From positions 1 to 12,590 of the forward strand of contig JBGCDR010000124.1 in the NCBI GenBank assembly GCA_045105515.1: 12,590 nucleotides of DNA, in the 5' to 3' direction. The stretch's first letter is position 1; each line of letters opens with the position of its first letter. Origin of the DNA: Oligoflexales bacterium (GTDB lineage: Bacteria > Bdellovibrionota_B > Oligoflexia > Oligoflexales > Bog-1112). This document shows, piece after piece, positions 8,904 to 12,590 of this stretch. The notes under the pieces were generated by a model. The model worked only from the letters and a program-made list of their open reading frames with translations, had not been told where the DNA came from and ran no database searches. Made by a program: the position numbers and the translations under genes.

Positions 8904-9944
8904 TTATAAAACGCCTCTTTTTTCTTGATCACGTTCGATGGAGCGGAATAGTGCACCAAAGTTCCCCTCGCCAAATGATAGATGATTTTTTCTTTGAATA
9001 ATCTCGATAAATATGGGACCTATCAGGTTTTTAGTAAAAATCTGCAGTAGGTAACCTTCCTCATCTCCGTCTACGAGAATGTTTAGCTTTTCTAAGGTTT
9101 GGTGATTTTCCGTGACTCCCGGGACTCTATCAAATACCTCTTGATAGTACTGTTGATCAATATCTAGTGTTTCAACACTAGTGTTAGATAAGGAGCTTAC
9201 GCTATTTACGATATTATCAGTCGCAAATGCAATATGCTGTACTCCTGGGCCTTTGTATTCGCGCAAATATTCATTGATTTGGGAGGTTTCTTCGGTTCCT
9301 TCATTGATAGGGATACAAAAACTACCGCAGGGTGATCGCAGAGCATAAGAGGTAAGGCCAGTCTTGACCCCTCTAATATCAAAGTAGCGAACCTCTTCAA
9401 AGCCGAATATATTCTTATAAAAATTTGACCATTTTTCCATTGTGCCCTTTTGAACATTGTTGGTCAGGTGGTCTATAAAAGTAAATCCTTTGCTAGGAAC
9501 TTTTTTTGGTTCAGAAGAAGATTCAAAGCCGATTTCCTTAAGGATAGTCTGATGCTCAGCATCTGCTACAAAATAGATTATACTGTCACCGATTCCATAA
9601 ATTGCAGGGATTGGATCTCCAGAACTTTTTTTATAGTCACCTACGGCTTTCTTGGCGCCTCGTTGTACAGCCAAGCTAAGGGCTTTATTGGGGTCTACTA
9701 CTTTCCAACCCATGGAAACTGCTGAAGGGCCATGAGAATCACGAAAGCTAGAAGCAAATGACTCTTTCTCTTGGTTAAGTAGGAGCTGAATATCCCCTTG
9801 GTGATAGGAGCTAACCTTGATTTCTTTGTGATCAAATAACTTTGAAAACCCAAATTCGGTAAACAATTGGGCCAAGCGTTCAGGATTTGGAGAACTAAAT
9901 TCGATAAATTCAATTCCTCTTAGACCAAGATCGTTGTTTGCCAT
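8904..9944 (-). CDS. hppD: 4-hydroxyphenylpyruvate dioxygenase
   Basis: GIEFIEF; iron-ligand motifs IDHLTNNV, GPGVQHIAF and FIEIIQR; C-terminal FGEGNFGALFRSIERDQ. GGAGG (9954-9950) precedes ATG 9944. Confidence 0.96.
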   Translation of the reverse strand: MANNDLGLRGIEFIEFSSPNPERLAQLFTEFGFSKLFDHKEIKVSSYHQGDIQLLLNQEKESFASSFRDSHGPSAVSMGWKVVDPNKALSLAVQRGAKKAVGDYKKSSGDPIPAIYGIGDSIIYFVADAEHQTILKEIGFESSSEPKKVPSKGFTFIDHLTNNVQKGTMEKWSNFYKNIFGFEEVRYFDIRGVKTGLTSYALRSPCGSFCIPINEGTEETSQINEYLREYKGPGVQHIAFATDNIVNSVSSLSNTSVETLDIDQQYYQEVFDRVPGVTENHQTLEKLNILVDGDEEGYLLQIFTKNLIGPIFIEIIQRKNHLSFGEGNFGALFRSIERDQEKRGVL

Positions 9945-10010
9945 ATGGGCCTCCATAAGCTTTATTTAGTGATGAAGAAAAACAGCTGCTTTTTAACTAG
10001 CGAGCATAAG

Positions 10011-10040
10011 ATGGTAGCTGGTATTTCATACCAGTGTCAA
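10011..10040 (-). promoter_or_regulatory. Sigma70-type promoter for hppD with a palindromic operator-like site in the spacer
   Basis: Minus strand reads TTGACA (10040-10035), 18 nt, TACCAT (10016-10011). The spacer contains the perfect inverted repeat CTGGTAT-N3-ATACCAG (10018-10034). Confidence 0.65.
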
Positions 10041-10132
10041 GGATCTGTATTTCTAAATTTATAGCAAAGTGTAGATCATTCAGATTTCAAGCTGACGCTG
10101 CTTCGAGTCATAAACCGTAAAGAAGACTGTAG

Positions 10133-11209
10133 CTAAATAAACTGCTTGAAATTAGGCTGCTTGGTGATTCGTTGATGTTCTTGGTACATGCTTTGAAATT
10201 TCGAATAAGACTTAAAAACCTTTTGAACTTGGGGGTCACTGCTTGCCATGCTTTGTTTTACTTCCTCTGATATTTTAGCCAAATGAGCAAGGACTTTTGT
10301 GGGAAATTCTCTAAACTTTACTTGCCGTTCTTCGGACATTTTATTTAGGTATTGCACATCTTTTGCCAGCCACTCAGCAGACATGTTTCCATCCATTTCT
10401 TTTGCCACTAAATGAACAATTTCCTGATAGGATTTAGGAAGTTTGTTCCACGCATCCAAATTGATCATAAGTTCTAGAATGGGACCAGGTTCATGCCATC
10501 CTGGGTAGTAATAAAAAGAGGCACTTTTATATAAGCCCATAATATAGTCATGGTAAGGACCAACCCATTCAGCGGCGTCAATATGCCCACTGCTAAGTTG
10601 AGTTAAAATTTCAGCTCCTGAAAGTAGCATGGGCTCGGCTCCAAGTTGTGCTAAAACCTTTCCTCCCAGGCCTGGCATCCTTATTTTTAGTTTTTGAAAG
10701 TCCTTTATCTGGTGAATCTCCTTTTTAAACCATCCTCCCATCTGCATGCTAGTACTTCCAGCAGGTAATGGTTTAAGTCCATGGCAACGGTAGACTTCGT
10801 TCCAAAGCTCTTGTCCTCCTCCCTCCTGCAGCCACGCACGCATCCCCGTGGCTTCCAGTCCAAAAGGAACAGCACAGAAAAAGCTAGCGCTAGCTATTTT
10901 ATCTTGCCAATAATAAGCTGCAGAGTGGCCCATTTCCGCCTTGCCAGATTTTACAGCCTCGAAGGTATCCATTGCTTGAACTAGCTCGCCAGCGCCAAAA
11001 ACCTGGATGTCTAATTCACCCTCAGTGAGTAGCTTTATTTTATTGGCAAACCTGAGTACTCCTTCACCCCAGATAGGAAGGGTTTTAGGTACCGCCATGA
11101 CAAGACGCCATTTATATTTAGGCTTTACAGCTGCTTTTGTCAGTCGTGTGGAAGGAATGGACATCGCAGTAAGACCTAGGCCAGCCTTAATTAGAGTCCG
11201 ACGTCTCAT
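10133..11209 (-). CDS. dctP: TRAP transporter solute-binding protein (DctP, TakP-like subfamily) with Tat signal
   Basis: Twin-arginine signal MRRRTLIK; motifs WRLV..PK, FGAGELV, MGHSAAYYW, QMGGWFKKEI, KIRMPGLGG, IDAAEWVGPYHD, YYYPGWHEP. GGAGG upstream of the ATG. Confidence 0.92.
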   Translation of the reverse strand: MRRRTLIKAGLGLTAMSIPSTRLTKAAVKPKYKWRLVMAVPKTLPIWGEGVLRFANKIKLLTEGELDIQVFGAGELVQAMDTFEAVKSGKAEMGHSAAYYWQDKIASASFFCAVPFGLEATGMRAWLQEGGGQELWNEVYRCHGLKPLPAGSTSMQMGGWFKKEIHQIKDFQKLKIRMPGLGGKVLAQLGAEPMLLSGAEILTQLSSGHIDAAEWVGPYHDYIMGLYKSASFYYYPGWHEPGPILELMINLDAWNKLPKSYQEIVHLVAKEMDGNMSAEWLAKDVQYLNKMSEERQVKFREFPTKVLAHLAKISEEVKQSMASSDPQVQKVFKSYSKFQSMYQEHQRITKQPNFKQFI

Positions 11210-11448
11210 GCTACCTCCAAGATCCTTTACATATTTTCTGTATGTCTAAAGCTAGCTAAGCCTTTATCATAAATTCAAATCCAGCACTAGTAAGTCAAAT
11301 TGACCCACTTTCACAGAAACTAGTCTCCAGATTCTAGTGAATTTCAAGTGATTCGAATTTTATTTTGGATAGCTAGATATTTTAGAAAATGTTAACATCT
11401 GCTGCATTTTTTTGTATCTAGATGGTTTATTGACTTGGAGTTGTCCTA

Positions 11449-11988
11449 ATGAAGCTTGAACATAGTGATGAAATCAGTGCGGATGTTGATTTAGTATACC
11501 GGATTGTAAAAGACCAATTATCTGACTTGGCTCCTTATCTTCCCAGCATTGATAGAATTGACACGATGGAACGTTCTTCTATTCCTGGAGGCAAAGAAAA
11601 AGTTGTTAATCATTGGTTTGCTCAAATAGACATGCCAGGCTTGTTGTCTAAATTTATTAGTAAAGACCTTTTATCATGGAAAGATAATGCTATATGGGAT
11701 CCCAATTCGAGATCTGTGGAGTATCAATTGGAATCTTTCATTGCAAATAATCTTTTTGAAGCGAAAGGATGCAATAAGTTTGAAGCTGTTTCCGAAAATA
11801 AAATGCGTTTAACTTTGAGCTGTGAAGTCAACATCAATGCAGATAGCGTCCCTGGGGTGCCAAAACTCATGAAGAAAAAAGTGACACCTTTGATTGAAAA
11901 AATTATCGAGAAGATGATGAAGCCAAATATTACAAGTTTAGGCAAGGGCTTGAAAGCATATCTGGAAGCTAACCCCGGAATCAAATAG
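11449..11988 (+). CDS. START/SRPBCC-fold (DUF2505-like) protein
   Basis: 179-aa ORF with GGAG upstream. Pattern 'EISADVDLVY' at the N-terminus, a beta-rich middle, and a C-terminal 'VPGV..LIEKIIEKMM' helix fits helix-grip folds. Confidence 0.65.
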   Translation: MKLEHSDEISADVDLVYRIVKDQLSDLAPYLPSIDRIDTMERSSIPGGKEKVVNHWFAQIDMPGLLSKFISKDLLSWKDNAIWDPNSRSVEYQLESFIANNLFEAKGCNKFEAVSENKMRLTLSCEVNINADSVPGVPKLMKKKVTPLIEKIIEKMMKPNITSLGKGLKAYLEANPGIK

Positions 11989-11994
11989 TTGCTT

Positions 11995-12014
11995 GTAGCT
12001 CACGCTACTTTTAT
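11995..12014 (+). terminator. Weak intrinsic terminator candidate
   Basis: GTAGC-TCAC-GCTAC hairpin followed by TTTTAT, just after the stop at 11988. Confidence 0.4.
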
Positions 12015-12181
12015 CATCCCTCTATCCTTAATTTATCCCATTAGGCTTGTTTGGAATTTTTAATAATCTTAATTTAATAAAAAAATATAGGCTGTTAGCG
12101 CGAATTTAAGCTTTGTTTTTTAATCGGTCGATAAGATGTCAGATCGTTTATATAACAAGGCTAAATAAAGGAGCCTCAATA

Positions 12182-12472
12182 TTGTTTCCGATATTGGTAG
12201 ATACTCGCAATAAATGGTTAAGATTTTCAAAATTGCTTGCTTTGATTTGGTTTTTATATTTTCTTACTAATCATATTCAAATATTTCCCGCAAGCACAAT
12301 AAAACTAATGTGGCTTGATAAAAATATTCCCTTTTTTGCGGGCAGTGTTTGGATATATTTTTCTTTTTTCGCTATTTTTATTTTTAACCTACTCCTTGAG
12401 TCAGACGAGGAAAGTTTAAATCGATATTTCTATGGTCTTTTGATATTGTACCTATTGCTCGATCACCTTTAA
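12182..12472 (+). pseudogene. 5' part of a PAP2-like integral membrane protein gene, truncated by the IS end
   Basis: TTG 12182 follows AAGGAG (12168-12173). The motif YFLTNH..LDKNIPFFAGSVWIYFS resembles the N-terminus of bacterial PAP2/IPC-synthase-like membrane proteins. The TAA (12470-12472) lies inside the IS-like end, and no C-terminal catalytic motifs are present. Confidence 0.6.
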
Positions 12473-12590
12473 ACTGACCCACTCAGTCGCACAAAATTGA
12501 CCCACCCAGTCGCGTATGACCTGACCCAGGGAGTCATGACTTAATTGACCCACCCTGTCATCCCAGTAATGTACTGCTGCCTAACATAGG
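12456..12590. mobile_element. Terminus of a probable IS21-family insertion sequence (partial; transposase outside the window)
   Basis: Starts TG..AAACTGACCCAC, resembling IS21-family ends as recalled for IS1326 (TG..AAAATTGACCCAC). Multiple terminal repeats. GC is about 50% (68/135) against an AT-rich flank, and the element interrupts an ORF. Confidence 0.75.
12468..12561 (+). repeat. Four tandem imperfect 23-24 bp repeats (core TGACCCA..GTC), probable transposase binding sites
   Basis: TGACCCA at 12475, 12498, 12522 and 12546 (spacing 23/24/24). Units: TTTAAACTGACCCACTCAGTCGC, ACAAAATTGACCCACCCAGTCGC, GTATGACCTGACCCAGGGAGTCAT, GACTTAATTGACCCACCCTGTCAT. Confidence 0.92.

Noticed and set aside
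407..11984. Short overlapping ORFs (407-595, 4285-4524, 4675-4899, 9206-9457, 9450-9725, 9698-9913, 10781-10984, 11007-11249, 11724-11984)
   Set aside because: All are shadow or alternate-frame ORFs within well-supported genes.
12468..12561. CRISPR array
   Set aside because: The period is only 23-24 bp with no unique spacers of 25 bp or more and no cas genes. An IS21-type end explains it better.
12447..12590. Tn7/CAST end starting at TGT 12447
   Set aside because: The repeat core TGACCCAC and its distance from TG 12456 fit IS21-family ends better. Not fully excludable without the downstream genes.

Overview
AT-rich bacterial chromosomal window. The gene content suggests Bdellovibrionota/Oligoflexia-like or related deltaproteobacteria (inference only). 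From left to right it holds: two convergent hypothetical genes, one of them secreted; a translationally coupled pair of an atypical REC-TPR protein and a CheA-like kinase with no CheW domain (pseudo-REC/coiled coil/PAS-like/Hpt/HATPase, i.e. class III-type); a divergent tandem-REC protein; a GT4 glycosyltransferase resembling Helicobacter cholesterol alpha-glucosyltransferase but with a signal-peptide-like N-terminus; a CheY-like regulator; hppD with a sigma70 promoter whose spacer holds a perfect palindrome; an orphan TakP-like TRAP solute-binding protein; and a START/SRPBCC-like protein. At the right end, a PAP2-like membrane protein gene is cut off by the terminus of a probable IS21-family element, marked by four 23-24 bp repeats. 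No rRNA, tRNA or CRISPR array was seen.
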